A DNA stretch of 64,000 nucleotides from positions 2,108,001 through 2,172,000 of the forward strand of contig OX597835.1 in assembly GCA_951406725.2 (NCBI GenBank). The letters run 5' to 3'. Under the pieces are notes generated by a model. The model searched no databases and was not told the DNA's origin. It saw nothing but the letters and a program-made list of their open reading frames with translations. Below, one piece after another: positions 1 through 12,821 of this stretch (its first letter is position 1; the number at the start of each line of letters is the position of its first letter). Source of the DNA: Octopus vulgaris. Lineage: Eukaryota. Both the position numbers and the translations under genes were made by a program.

Positions 1-410
1 CATAACTCTGTTTCTATTGCAAGCCCTAACCTTCATCTCTATCCTAATCACATACACCAGTCATTTTCTCAAACCCTGACTATGACCTCTGCCCCTATTA
101 CAAACCTTAACCTATCTCAATTACTGACTCGAATCCTAACTTTAATGTGGACCCTAACTAACAGACAGTCTTAATGTTAATCTTATCACCAACTCTGACA
201 AGGACTTCAATTCTATCCCTAGTTCTGACTCCTAACCCTAACTCCACAACTCCATTCGAAGCTTGTTACAATATTATTCCTCATCATAACCTTGACCAAA
301 ACCCTAACCTTGACTATAATCCTAACCATGATCATATCCCTAATCTTCATCATAGCCCCAACCTTGACTTTGATCTTAACTCCAACACTGACCCACCTAA
401 CTTTAATCTT
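1..410. repeat. Degenerate 6-bp-periodic C-rich repeat resembling (CCCTAA)n
   Basis: Recurrent ccctaa/cctaac/aaccct/ccttga units; explains the N/P/H-rich start of ORF 174..785. Confidence 0.55.
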
Positions 411-432
411 TACTATTCTTTTCTTCTTCCAG

Positions 433-710
433 CTTGTTGCTATGACTGCATCACTCATGGTTCTCTAGCAGCTTTCTCCCAGAAATTCAAATCTGGTGGA
501 CTTCTACGTATTCTTGAGGATCTACGAGAGACGCGTGCCCCAGAGGGTTGCCATGGCAAGCAGTCGAAACTCGACAGAGCCTGCCATTTGCTGAACTGCT
601 TGGCATCTCTGAAACATGCTGTACACTTCCGGTGTTCGCGGCTGTGCCGTGTTGCAATGCAAGGAACTGCAGCGGAGCTGAAAGAAGCAATGGAACAACT
701 AAATCTCCAG
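433..710 (+). CDS. INPP4A: INPP4-like inositol polyphosphate 4-phosphatase, first exon in window (gene starts upstream)
   Basis: Acceptor ttcttccag, donor CAG|gtgaac. Encodes CCYDCITHGSLAAFSQKFKSGGLLRIL...LNLQ, similar to the INPP4 middle region and phase-compatible with the next exon. The A/B paralogue label is approximate. Confidence 0.8.
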
Positions 711-1046
711 GTGAACATTGTCTTCGAGTTTTTCTTTTCAATTTATTTTGTAGTTTTCACAAGCTGTGGTTATTATTTGAGTTGAGAAGGGCATCTGTTA
801 TTTGATCGGTTATTTTGTTGAGTATGTGGTGGATGATTGTAGCATCTGTTGTTGGTGTGTTGAGATTCTTGTGGTTGGTTTTGATAATTATAACTGGACA
901 GTACGTTTTGTGGTCAGTTTCGACAAATTATCATGTCTTCCTCCTGTGTTTGATACATGTTTACACCATTTACTCCTTACTTTATGTGTTGAAACATGTG
1001 AGGCTACATGGCCTAGAGGTTAGGGTGTTACACTCAAAATCCTAAG

Positions 1047-1405
1047 ATCATCATCATCATTTAACGTCCGCTTTCCATGCTAGCATGGGTTGGACGATTT
1101 GACTGAGGACTGGTGAACCAGATGGCTGCACCAGGCTCCAATCTTGATCTGGCAGAGTTTCTACAGCTGGATGCCCTTCCTAATGCCAACCACTCCGAGA
1201 GTGTAGTGGGTGCTTTTAAAGTGCCACCGGCATGAGGGCCAGTCAGGCGGCACTGGCAATGGCCACACTCAAATGGTATTTTTTACGTGTCACCTGCACA
1301 GGTGGCCAGTCCAGCAGCACTGGCAACAACCTCGCTCGAATGTTTTTCATGTGCCACCGGTACAAGTGCCAGTCAGGCGACGCTGGTAACGATCACGTTT
1401 GAATG
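1047..1405 (-). mobile_element. SINE-like element with RTE-type 3' tail (GGACGTTAAA(C/T)GATGATG)
   Basis: Related copies at about 8205-8400 (-), 11790-12327 (+), 20055-20268 (+) and 20790-21080 (+) share ggttggcgttaggaagggcatccagctgtagaaac. Confidence 0.75.
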
Positions 1406-2003
1406 GAAATGACATGCTGTACTGCTTGGCATTTGCACTGGAAGCTCCAATATCGACATTTCGGAGTGTTTAGGTGTCAGTCTGAGGACATGTACCGAGA
1501 GTGATAAAAATCAAAACATCCTGTCAACATCATGGTGTTTGGAGTGATCACTAGTGATGGCTACCTTATGCCTCCAACAGGACTTTGTACCATGCCACAC
1601 AGGAGAACCTAGTCATGGCTGTCAAACATTTTCTACAACCACATCACCCTTAACACCTGGCCACCTAGCTCCCCAGACTGCAACCCTCTTGATTATTATG
1701 TGTAGGACGCAGTTGAGCGAGAGACCAACAAAACTCCTTGTAACACCAAAGATGAACTGAAGGCAAGGATTATGGCAGCATTGACCAACTTAAACAAGGA
1801 GACCATCCAGAAGAGTTGCAGGAGGTTCTGAAATCATCTGGAAGCCGTGGCTGAAGCTAATAGCGAATTTATTGAATAAACTTACTCTTTAGTATTTCAA
1901 GATATTTTAATGTAATTTTGGTAAATATATCTGTTAAAATGAGATGTCAGTGTTATTTTCACTTTTGCATAATTTAGATGACAGTTTATTCACCTCACTT
2001 TGT
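1405..2003 (+). mobile_element. Degenerate Tc1/mariner-superfamily transposase remnant
   Basis: Translates to KHPVNIMVFGVITSDG and WPPSSPDCNPLDYYV, with stops and frameshifts. Confidence 0.7.
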
Positions 2004-2224
2004 AGTTTTTGTAGGTAAACACTGATCCTATTCTGCTAAAATCTGACTTTCAGTTTCTGCTTTTAGTCAAGAGCTTTTGAGCCATTGCTAGGCTTCACTG
2101 TTGAGTCTTTCAGAAACAATCGGTTTTGCCTCCAATTTTATTCATTCATATATTTTGGCAAAACATTTTGATTTCGACTTTTTCCCCTCCTTTTCTCCTG
2201 TTTATTTTTATTTTATTTATGCAC

Positions 2225-2498
2225 TCTTTTCAAGCCTAGCCAGGCTCACGGGCCTGGTTTCCATGGTGTATGTGTCCCCCCCAGCTGGATGGGATGCCAG
2301 TCCATCGCAGCATTATTCAAGAAACAGGAAGAGAGAGTGAGAGAAAGTTGGGGCGAAAGAGTACAACAGGGGTCGCCACCACCCCCTGCCAGAGCCTCAT
2401 GGATCTTTAGGTGTTTTCACTCAATAAACACACACAACACCCAGTCTGAGAATCGAAACTGCAATCCTCCGACCACGAGTCCACTGGGCCATTGCGCC
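2225..2498 (-). mobile_element. tRNA-derived SINE (family also at about 11040-11320 and 29195-29490)
   Basis: Minus strand begins GGCGCAATGGCC.AGTGG (A box) and has a GTTTCGATTC B-box-like motif; three related copies in the window. Confidence 0.75.
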
Positions 2499-3461
2499 TC
2501 CTTTCTCCTGTTTAACCCTTCTCCTAATCTTTTTCTCGGTTTCTGATTTGTATTTTTGTGCACCTCTCGGTTTCCTTGCATTTAGAGTGTTTTTGAGAAT
2601 CTTCCTAGTGCCACCATTGTTACGTAGTGGTTCCAAGGTTATTGTTTAAACTCCCTTATCTTAGGCATCCCAGATATAACTGTCCCATCTCTTTGGGGTA
2701 TGGTTCAACTACGTTATCTGACGTCTTCTCTCCTTTCTTACTCTTTTGATACCAACAAACCTGACTCTGCCCCTGGTTCTAAAATACAAACTTCCTATTT
2801 TAATCCTAGTATTCAGATTACTCTGTCAAATTTATTGCTTATTTATTCGTATTGCCTTGATTTAATAATCTTCATTATTTCATATCTTTGAGATTTCAAT
2901 GATGTGATTGTTTTTAATGTCGAATGACATTGCAGGGTGGTGTGAGAGGCTGGATCTGGCTGGTTTGAATATAAAACAGGTAGAATACTATGGCCAGGGA
3001 TTAAGCAGTAAATCAAAGCCTTCGATCAAAACTTCATGTCGATTTCTGTTCCAAACATCAAAGTTATTTGATTCAATTCCCTATTATTTCCAAAATTAAT
3101 TGAAACAACAGCAGCGTATTTAAAAGAAATCCAATAGCAAAAGAATTCAATACATTTCTGGTGAGACATGTCCTATCTATATTTTCTGTAGGATAATGGC
3201 TTTGGAACACTCTGTTTATTTCTTTTTTTTTTTTCTTTTGCTGAGCTCTTTGATTCATGATGCAGAACTTACTTGTAATTGCAGGAGTTTGTGTATTTTT
3301 AATTACTTACTTATTTCTAGCTTTGAATTTTCTCTTTTTCATTTTCTCTTAATCATGTCTAATATATCTTTACATTGAAAAGCTCAACATTTCATTCACT
3401 CAGAACTGCTATAAACTGTTATTGTTGTTGTTGCTTTCAATTTATTCCTCAAAACTCACAG

Positions 3462-3728
3462 GTCAAAGAACTTGTCAAATTGTGCGACAATCCAATATTC
3501 AATGAGGCATCGGCACAGCACATGCGAGCAAGGACGGAGGCATCAAACGCTGCAATGGCTCTGCAGATGTCTTCACAGAACCAGCTCTCTGCCACAGCAA
3601 CATCATCCCATCTTCTGCAAGCAGAACCAACAGCAGCATCCAATTCTGACGATGCCAAGGGAACGGATAGTAATAACTGGCGTTGGACTGGCAGTAATTT
3701 TGTGCGGAGTCCAACAATGGAACCGTGG
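3462..3728 (+). CDS. INPP4A: INPP4-like exon
   Basis: cag|GTCAAAGAA ... CCGTGG|gtatgt; VKELVKLCDNPIF...SPTMEPW; phase 0-0. Confidence 0.8.
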
Positions 3729-4311
3729 GTATGTCTTTCAGTATTTTTAGTTTTAACCCCCTCTTTGTCGTTGTTTACCCCCTGGTCAGTTTTGATAAAA
3801 TGGATGACATATGATCAAAGGCATTCCAGCCATGACCTTCCACTATAGCCTCAGGCTGACCAAAACCTTGTGAATGGCTTTGGTAGACAAGAACTGAAAG
3901 AAGCATGTTGTGTGTGTGTGTGTGTGTGTGTGTGTTCCTAACCACTGCTCCTTGGCAACTAGGGTTTGTATATCTATATCCTATATCTTAGTGGTTCAAC
4001 TAAAGAGGTTGATATCATAAGTGCTAAGCTTAAAGAGACAAAAAATAAGTACTAAGGTTGATTTGTTCTTGAAGGCAGTGCTCCAGCATGACTATGGTCG
4101 AATGACTGAAATAAGTAAAAGACACACACACACCGTATATAATTTTTTTTATTATGTGAGTGTCTCTGTCAGAAAAATATTTCTATGATCTCCTGACCCC
4201 TCTTTTTCCATCTCATTATGTTTCTTTATCGCATTTCTGACTTTCTCTTTCTCTTATCTCCCTTGTCTATTTATCTGTGGTTGTCTTTTTTTGTTTTTTG
4301 TATTACCCCAG

Positions 4312-4509
4312 GACATGTCTTGTGTGAACACGGAGGCTGCCACAATGTGTCTGATGTCGCTTGTGGACGATTTGATCCAGAATAAGAACAACCCCATGGA
4401 CATACCAAAATGGCTGAGTGAAATCAGCCCACGGGTGATTGAACTTCAGAAATTTATTGAGATACTTTTCAAACGAGCTAATCTCTCTCTAACATTCTTA
4501 CTACTGCTG
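4312..4509 (+). CDS. INPP4A: INPP4-like exon
   Basis: ccag|GACATG ... CTGCTG|gtaagt; DMSCVNTEAATMCL...LTFLLL; phase 0-0. Confidence 0.82.
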
Positions 4510-4577
4510 GTAAGTATATTTACACGTGAGATATGGCTTAGGCCGGGGAGTTAGGGGTTAGAATTACCATTGTACAA

Positions 4578-4805
4578 GGCGGCGAGCTGGAAGAAACGTT
4601 AGCATGCCAGGCGAAATGCTTAGCGGTATTTTGTCTGCCGCTATGTTCTGAGTTCAAATTCCGCCGAGGTTGACTTTGCCTTTCATCCTTTCGGGGTTGA
4701 TAAATTAAGTACCAGTTATGCACTGGGATCGATATAACCGACTTAATCCATTTGTCTGTCCTTGTTTGTCCCCTCTGTGTGTAGCCCCTTGTGGGCAGTA
4801 AAACA
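4578..4805 (+). mobile_element. SINE, GGCGGCGAGCTGGCAGAA family
   Basis: Near-identical copies at 31477-31693, 43597-43815 and 34520-34880; degenerate copies near 7730, 21390 and 40860. Shared core gtcgactttgcctttcatcctttcggggtcgataaattaagtaccag. Confidence 0.8.
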
Positions 4806-4918
4806 CAAAACAAAATAAATTACCATTGTATGTATTTATGTGTGTGTGTGTCTGTGTATTAATGTGTGTATAGATGTGTATGTGCATTTGTGTGTGTGTA
4901 TATATATTACATGGTGAA

Positions 4919-5250
4919 GGCGCATGGCTCATGGGGTTAGAGCGTCGAGCTTACGATTGTGAGGTTGTGAGCTCGAATCCCGGACCAGGCTGCGTATTGT
5001 GTTCTTGAGCAAGACACTTTATTTCACGTTGCTCCAGTTCATTCATCTGTAGAAATGAGCTGCGACGTCACCGGTGCCAAGCTGTATTGGCCCCTTTGCC
5101 TTTCCCTTGGATAACACTGGTGGCATGGAGAGGGGAGGCCGGTATGCATGGGCGACTGCTGGTCTTCCATAAACAACCTTGCCCGGACTTGTGCCTGGGA
5201 GGGTAACTTTCTAGGTTCAATCCCACAGTCAGTCATCACCGAAGGGGGTC
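4919..5250 (+). mobile_element. tRNA-headed SINE with CORE-like central segment
   Basis: A/B-box-like head followed by gtgttcttgagcaagacactttatttcac...ctgtagaaatgag; partial copy at about 37205-37310. Confidence 0.65.
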
Positions 5251-6589
5251 TCAATATATATTACATAACTTGGTTTAAGAAGAGACGAAAATTTAGAGAA
5301 TCATTTAATGTTCATGATTTACATCAACATAATAAATACATATAACATAAAATTACATCAAAACAAAGAACATATCTATATATTACTAGCAGTACTGCCT
5401 GGCATTGCTCGGGTTTGTTTCGACCCTTTAGAATTGGAATTTTTGAAAAGTAAAGATTTTGCATTATGTAGTTTGTTATTCTCTTTAAGTGAACATTTTT
5501 CTGGTTGAAATACACCGAAAAATGGTGACACAGCAGTAAAAAAATCGTAAAAAAATAGGGATTTTCATAGAAAAAAAAAGCACCTTTTTGATGTAAATAC
5601 TTTTTGGTCTTAACATGGTCTGATTTGAATTTTTGACTGATAGAATAAGTACTAGGTTTACAAAGAATAAGTGCTGGGGTCGATGTGTTCAACTAAAAGT
5701 GGTGCTCCAGCATGGCCACAGTCAAATGATTGAAACAAGTAAAAGGTCAAAAATAAAGGGCCATTCAGTAAGCTACCACATACTTTCTGTTTTCCTGATG
5801 CCTGTGACAAGGTTTTAGTGACACTTTATACCTGCTTTCTTATTCATAGGGAAGTCTCAGAAGGTTACCTCTGCCTCCTTAAGGCTTACTCACTCTCCAT
5901 GGGAATTGTCAGTCACATGTTATCCCTGCCTTCTTGGGTCCCACTTCAACTATTGGAGGAAAGCTTTATCCATATCTCCTTGACTTTCATTTCAATTATG
6001 AGTGGGGGATCCTTGGAAACCTACCCTATTTTCCTGGGTCTGAGAGTGCAGAGAGAATAAAAACTGATTTCTAGCATAGACACAAAGTCAGAATGGTCTG
6101 ATGGTGGTGGTGGCCAAGGGTGGGTGCGGCAGCAGCAATCGTTATTGTAGCTGTTTAAATTAACTCCATTACTTACTTGATTGCTGCTTATTTTCTCAAC
6201 CCAGAAAATCATTGACAGAATGAAAAGTCAATTTAAGTGGGTTTTCCATTCAGAATGTAATTAAATATTCTCATATAGTTTGTCTACTGCTCCACTGATT
6301 ATGTTCCACTCACATCAGTACTACAATTGGCATACCACACTCACACACACAACATACCAATACAATATAGCACAACTACAGACTATACAATGTCATTACT
6401 TCACACCATACAATACACCAACATCATGCGCATGCGCGTACAAACCATATGGTTCTGGGTTCAGTCCCACTGCGTGGCACCTTGGACAACTGTCTTCTAC
6501 TATAGCCTCGGGCCAACCAAAGCCTTGTGAGTGAATTTGGTAGACGGAAACTGAAAGAAGCCCGTCGTATATATGTATATATATATGTA

Positions 6590-6636
<47 letters not shown>

Positions 6637-8640
6637 GTGTGTGTATGTTTCATGTGTCTGTCCCCTTAACATCGCTTGACAACTGATGCTGGTGTGTTTA
6701 CGTCTTCGTAACTTAGCGGTTTGTCAAAAGAGACCGATACAATAAGTACTAGGCTTACAAAGAATAAGTCCTGGGGTCGATTTGCTCGACTAAAGGCGGT
6801 GCTCCATCATGGCCACAGTCAAATGACTGAAACTAGTAAAAGAGTAAATATAGCATTCCTACCAACTGTGTTGATCATATTACCCTGAATAGGTGTAGAA
6901 TTGTGGGGACTCTACTCATTTGGCTTGTGAAGTAGAAAGAAACCCCACTAGTGTTGGTGCCATGATAAAATGTACCCAATCCACATTGTGTAAAGTGGTT
7001 GGTGTTAGGAAGGACATCCAGCTGTAGAAACCATGGCCCAGAATAGAACGTACAAAGTGAGACCTTGTCCTTCAGCCCATTTAGGAGGGTGGCAACTTCA
7101 ATTAAGAACTGATTCTGATTGTCATGACTCACCTGACCCATGGTGGCATAGAAACCACATAAAACGGTGGTGATGACAACAGTGATGATGATGATGATGA
7201 TGATTACTTTATGTAAACTCTTCTTTTCTTTTTCTCTATCATGAGAAAGTACACAAACTAACAATGAGAGCAAATGGTTTTTATAATAAACATGGCAATT
7301 AGACTAACCACTTCACAGATTACAACAGCAAACCTCCCCACCACCACCACAGGCAGCAACAACAACAACAAGACTGTGTTCACGGCTGAGAGACTTGGAG
7401 CTGTACTGGTTGGGAAAGGGAGATATTTGCATGATCTACTACTACCACCACCACCACCTCCTCCTTCTTCTTATAATAATAATAAACAACATGATAGGTT
7501 TCAGGTGGGTAGGCAAATGGAACATTCCTGCCCAGATATTGTTGCACTCAATAAAGAGGAAAGAATATGCTGTTTAATCCATTGTTAGTGGCCTGTTTTG
7601 ATACTAGAGTGATTGATAGACAAGAGAACAGGAGAAAAAAAAATGCCAGGATCTAAAGTAAGGGCTACAGAGAATTTGGAATTGGTGTGGAGTTGATATT
7701 AATTGCACTTGTGAGGGTGGCATGAGGGTGGCAGAATGGTTAGCAGGATGGACAGAATGCTTGGCAGCATTTCATCTGTTTTTATGTTTGTGATTTCAAA
7801 TTCTATCATGGTTGACTTAGCCTTTTATTCTATCAGGGTAGATCAAATAAGTACCAGTTGAGTACTGGGGTCAAAGTAATCGACTAGCTCCCTTCCCTGA
7901 AATTACTGGCCTTGTGGCAAAATTTGAAATCGATATTAGTCCCACTTGTAATAGGAGTGTTGGGGACAGTAGCAAGGGGTTTGAAATTTTTATTCGAAGA
8001 TGTTGATATGGTGGTAAATCCCTTGATGCTACAGAGAACCTGTTTGTTTGCCACAGCAAGGTGCTCAGTAACTGAGGTTGTGGGATGCAGCCTGGTATCT
8101 TTCAGTCCAGTCCAGTAACGAAATGCTTAATCAATGACGATTGCTGATGTAATAATAACGAGCACCAAATAGAAGACTTTGTGGTAGGCTGTTAGACATC
8201 ATTGTCATCATTTAACGTCCGTTTTCCATGCTGGCATGGGTTGGATGGTTTGACAGGAGCTGACCAGCCGAAGAGCCACCTGGGCTCCATGTCTGTTTTG
8301 GTAGGGTTTCTATGACTGGATGCCCTTCCTAATGCCAACCACATTACAGAGTGGCACTGGGTGCTTTTTATTGGCACCAGCACCCACGAGCCTACAAGAT
8401 TAGGAATACTCAGCCGAAGAGGGATGCAGGAGACCTGCCTGTAAGCAAGAACAGCCATGATTTTACTTAGTTTGGTATCATCTAAATTCAGTACTAGACT
8501 GGTACTGTATTTTATTGTCTCTGGGAGGGGATGAAAGGTGAAATTGATCTCAATGGATTTGAACTTGGAATGTAAAGAGCTGGAAGGCATTTTGTTCACC
8601 ATTCTAATGAATCTGCCAGGCTACCATCTGGCAATAATAA

Positions 8641-9100
8641 TTACTCTTTTACTTGTTTTAGTCATTTGACTGTGGCCATGCTGGAGCACTGCCTTTAGTC
8701 GAGCAAATCGACCCCAGGACTTATTCTTTGTAAGCCTAGTACTTATTCCATCGGTCTCTTTTGCTGAACTGCTAAGTTATGGGGACATACGTCAACACAC
8801 CAGCATCGGTTGTCAAGCGATGTTGGGGGGACAAACACAGACACAAACATATGTGTGTGTGTATATATAAATATATATACACACACATACATATGTGTGT
8901 GTATATATATAAATATATATACACACACATATATATACGATGGGCTTCTTTCAGTTTCCACATGCCAAATCCACTCACAAGGCTTTAGTCAGTCTGAGGC
9001 TACAGTAGAAGACACTTGCCCAAGGTGCTACGCAGTGGGACTGAACCGAGAACCATGTGGTTGGTAAGCAAGCTACTTACAACACAGCCATCCCTGCACC
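8641..9100 (-). mobile_element. tRNA-derived SINE with internal (TA/TG)n microsatellite; most abundant family in the window
   Basis: Shared ggttcagtcccactgcgtggcaccttgggcaagtgtcttctactatagcc...ggtagacggaaactgaaagaagccc. Other copies near 3843, 6444, 13945, 21513, 24490, 25040, 28452, 44310, 50730, 53640 and 55375. Confidence 0.85.
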
Positions 9101-9640
9101 TATTATTTCATAATGTTTAGGCCCCCTCCCCCCATTGGTTTTCCATATCAAAACAAATGAAAAAAATTCCTCTTCATGATTATGGTTTTCAACCCATCTC
9201 GAATTATGGCTCTCCAGCGTATTGAAGGGCTACTGTTCAAAAACTCAAAAAGAACCAACAGAAAATAACAATAGACTTTGTAAATGCATGGAAATACCAG
9301 GGTCTTTGAAGGACCCTGACTATGATATGTAACTGTTGGATTTTAATTAAAACTATATGAGAGACAAGTTCATATCCAGAGCTTTCAAATGATACATAAT
9401 TTTCTGTAGAGAAAAGTTATTTTCACATGAAAATGATGAAGCTGTGTGTTTTTGTATGTTCAGACTGTGCTCTCGTCTTCCCCGTATGGCACTCTATAGT
9501 GATGCCTAATGTAGGTATCATAGCACTTTATCACCATGCCCATCCATCCTTAACCTCTCCCCTACCACTTCACTTTAAGCTTATTCTTTGTTAGCCTAGT
9601 ACTTATTCTGTTGGTTTCTTCTGCCAGCCTGGCTCAGTTA

Positions 9641-9989
9641 TCTCTCTCTATATAAACGGCAGTTTGTCTGTGCGTGTTTCTGTGTGTCTGTTTTCTTGTA
9701 CCCTCACCCTGACCACAGCTTTCAACCGATTCTGATGAAACTTGACACACACATAGCCCAATGTCATAATTCAAAACTAACGCAGCGAAAATTTTGAAAA
9801 GTTCCCCCAGTTCTGAAAAAAATCGATAAATTCGCAAACTGTCTAGGGGACGCAACTCCACCTTTTTAACTAAAAAAAAATTTACCATCATTTTTTCCAT
9901 CTTTTGGCTATTTTTTGGCTATAACTCTCTAAAAATGCTTTATAGTTATTTCCCTTACAAACCTGAGCAACGCCGGGCGATACTGCTAG
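9641..9989 (+). mobile_element. Non-autonomous Helitron
   Basis: 5' TC(TC)nTATATAAA; 3' hairpin cctgagcaacgccggg followed by CTAG; flanked by A and T. Confidence 0.75.
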
Positions 9990-10433
9990 TGTAGGTATAT
10001 TACTTCAAAAGTTCCCGCAAGCCCATACGTAAAAAAAAAAAAAAATTTTTACGGAAGGGTCTACTAGAGACAAAAGATAGCCATTCCTTTAACATTTCTC
10101 TTTCATATTAATATCAATATGATAATTCTTAATCAAAATTAAAATAATGGTGTGGATTCAAAGTGTCGATGTAAGGCCTTACTACCCGTCAGTCAACCAG
10201 TTTGGTCCATACATTTTTTCTTTTAACTTTTGTTCTACTGCACCAGTTTTTAAGTATTTTAAGATTTTAAGTATTTAAGTATTAATGTAACTTATCACTA
10301 GTCAAACTTAATTAAAAAAACTAAATTTGATTTCGATTAAAACTGAATTAGTGAGAATGCTTGGAAGATGCCATCTGTGACAAAAAGAGCAACGTTAAGA
10401 ATATTATTTGACTTCTACCGTAGTTGAATGATA

Positions 10434-10939
10434 TCTATATATATAAAACTCTAGTTGTGTGAGTGTCTGTCCCCTTCGATTTAGATTCCTAACTCCTCCC
10501 ACATTTTGCGGTGCAGTTTAACCAAATTCGGGTATCTTATAGTCGTGATTAATATCGAGCCCGTCTGACTATTAGCGCGCGTCAACGATGAGTCTACGAT
10601 TTTAAATATAATTTAACATAATTTTTTATTCCATTTTAATGCATAAAAGGCATCGTGTGTCGATGGCGGCGGAGTTGGCGTCCACGCTCACAGCTGCACC
10701 TGTTTGCTTCTCCCCCTTCCCTCCCTCGTGAAGCTGTGGGGAAGGGAGTGTAAAGAAATCAACATCGTAATGCGTTGTGAAGGAGACCAGCGTTCTTTTA
10801 GAACAACGACTTCATGGCTTGAAGACACCAAAACAAAAATGGCTAAGAAAGCCCGAATTTATAAGGGAAGTAACTCTCTAAAAATGCTTATATAGTTATT
10901 TCCCTTACAAACCCGAGCAACGCCGGGCGATACTGCTAG
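10434..10939 (+). mobile_element. Non-autonomous Helitron with internal insert
   Basis: 5' TCTATATATATAAAA; 3' cccgagcaacgccggg...CTAG; homologous to 54164-54471 (-). Confidence 0.78.
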
Positions 10940-12752
10940 TGGAGATATAAACGGACCAGCATCAGTTGTCAAGTGATGACGGAATACAAACACAGACATG
11001 CATAAATAAATATATATATGTTGTTGTTTGTCCCTTCTCAAGCCATGCCTGGCTCATAGTGCCGGTTTCCTGGTTTCCTTAGCGTATAGGTTCCCCACTT
11101 GGACGGGACGCCAGTCTGTCGCAGGTGAGCTGCAAGATGCAGGAGAAAAGAGTGAGAGAAAGTTGTGGCGAAAGAGTCAGCAGAAGTTTGCCATTACGTT
11201 CTGCCAGAGCCGCGTGGAGCTTAGGTGTTTTCGCTCATAAACACACACATCGCGTGGTCTGAGATTCGAACCTGTGATCCCCTGACCGTGAGTCCGCTGC
11301 TCTAACCACTAGGCCATGTGCCTCCACACACACACACGTACATACATATATGATTGGCTTCTTTCAATTTCTGTCTACCAAATCCACTTGCAAGGCTTTG
11401 GCTTGCCTGAAGCTATGGATGAAAACACTTATCCATGGTGCCATGTAGTAGGTCTGAACCCAGAACCATGTCGTTGGGAAGCAGAATTTTTTTCATTGCT
11501 TTTTCAGATTCCAATGGCTGTCTCTTGCATTCTAATTCCATTCTCATGAATTTGAATTGGATGCTTGAGTCATAATGAGTCTTTCTTTAACTGATTACGC
11601 AACCCTTTGGATGTGTTGCAGTCACTCTCTTGACAGAGCTTGGTGATCCTGACCATGGATCTAAGCCAAATGAGACCATAACCTGTGGCCTATGCCTTGA
11701 GTGTAACCAGCCCACTTATGCATACCTTTTCCTTCTTTGGACACTGAACTTTGCTTGCGAAGACCTGTTGAGGCAACTGAAAACAAAATCAAATTCGATG
11801 ACTGGCATCTGTGCTAGTGGGGTGCAAAGAGTACCATACAAGCTTGATCGTTGACAGAGTGGCTAACCGGCTTCCATGCCAGTGGCACGTAAAAGGCACC
11901 ATTCGAGTGTGATCGTTACCAGCGCCACCTTACTGGCACTTGTGCTCATGCTAGTAGGGTGCCAAGAGCACCATCCGAGCATGATCCTTGCCAGAGCAGC
12001 CAATTGGCTTCCGTGCAGGTGGCACATAAAAGGGTACCATTCGAGCGTGATCGTTACCGGCGTTGCCTTACTGGCACCTTTGCCATTGGCATGTGTAAAA
12101 AGATTTGAGCAAGGTCATTGCTAGTACTGCCTGACTGACCCTCATGTCAGTGACATATAAAAGCACCCACTACACTCTCGGAGTGGTTGGCGTTAGGAAG
12201 GGCATCCTGCTGTAGAAACTCTGCCAGATCAAGACTGGAGCCTGGTACAGCCATCTGGTTCGCCAGCCCTCAGTCAAAATCGTCCAACCCATGCTAGCAT
12301 GGAAAGCGGACGTTAAACGATGATGATTCCTCTGCTCAACAGTAATGTAGGATGCACCATTAGCTTCACTGCTAACTCTTCAGAATCTGTCATGTTGGCA
12401 GATTCTGGCAGGGTGGTCAAGCAGGTGCCATACCCTGCCAAAGGGTAACCCATAGCTGTACGAGGCACTGTCATTACTCTGTGAGGTATTTTCAAAATAC
12501 CTCCATACCCAATCAAAGTACCTGCTTTTTAGTACTATATGTCTATATGAGATGCCTTCTCAAGATGAATACTGCAGTGTTGTGGCATTCTTTTAGTATA
12601 TCCATGTTAAGTAAGATATATAGATTGCTTTTTGGTACTAATACTGCTTCCATCTCTAATAATGAATAATAATAATGATGATGATGTTGATGAATAATAA
12701 ATGGTTATCTTGTTATTATATTTTAACCTAATTTTGAAATCCTATTTTGTAG

Positions 12753-12821
12753 GAAAACCGAGAACATGTCCCCTTGTTACAAACAATAAAGTACCGACGA
12801 GATATATCATTCAGTCACGCA
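12753..12821 (+). CDS. INPP4A: INPP4-like short exon (not in ORF track)
   Basis: tgtag|GAAAAC ... CACGCA|gtgagt; ENREHVPLLQTIKYRRDISFSHA, resembling the INPP4 RRD-x-x-F-x-Q motif and continuing into VTVATAGF. Confidence 0.82.
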
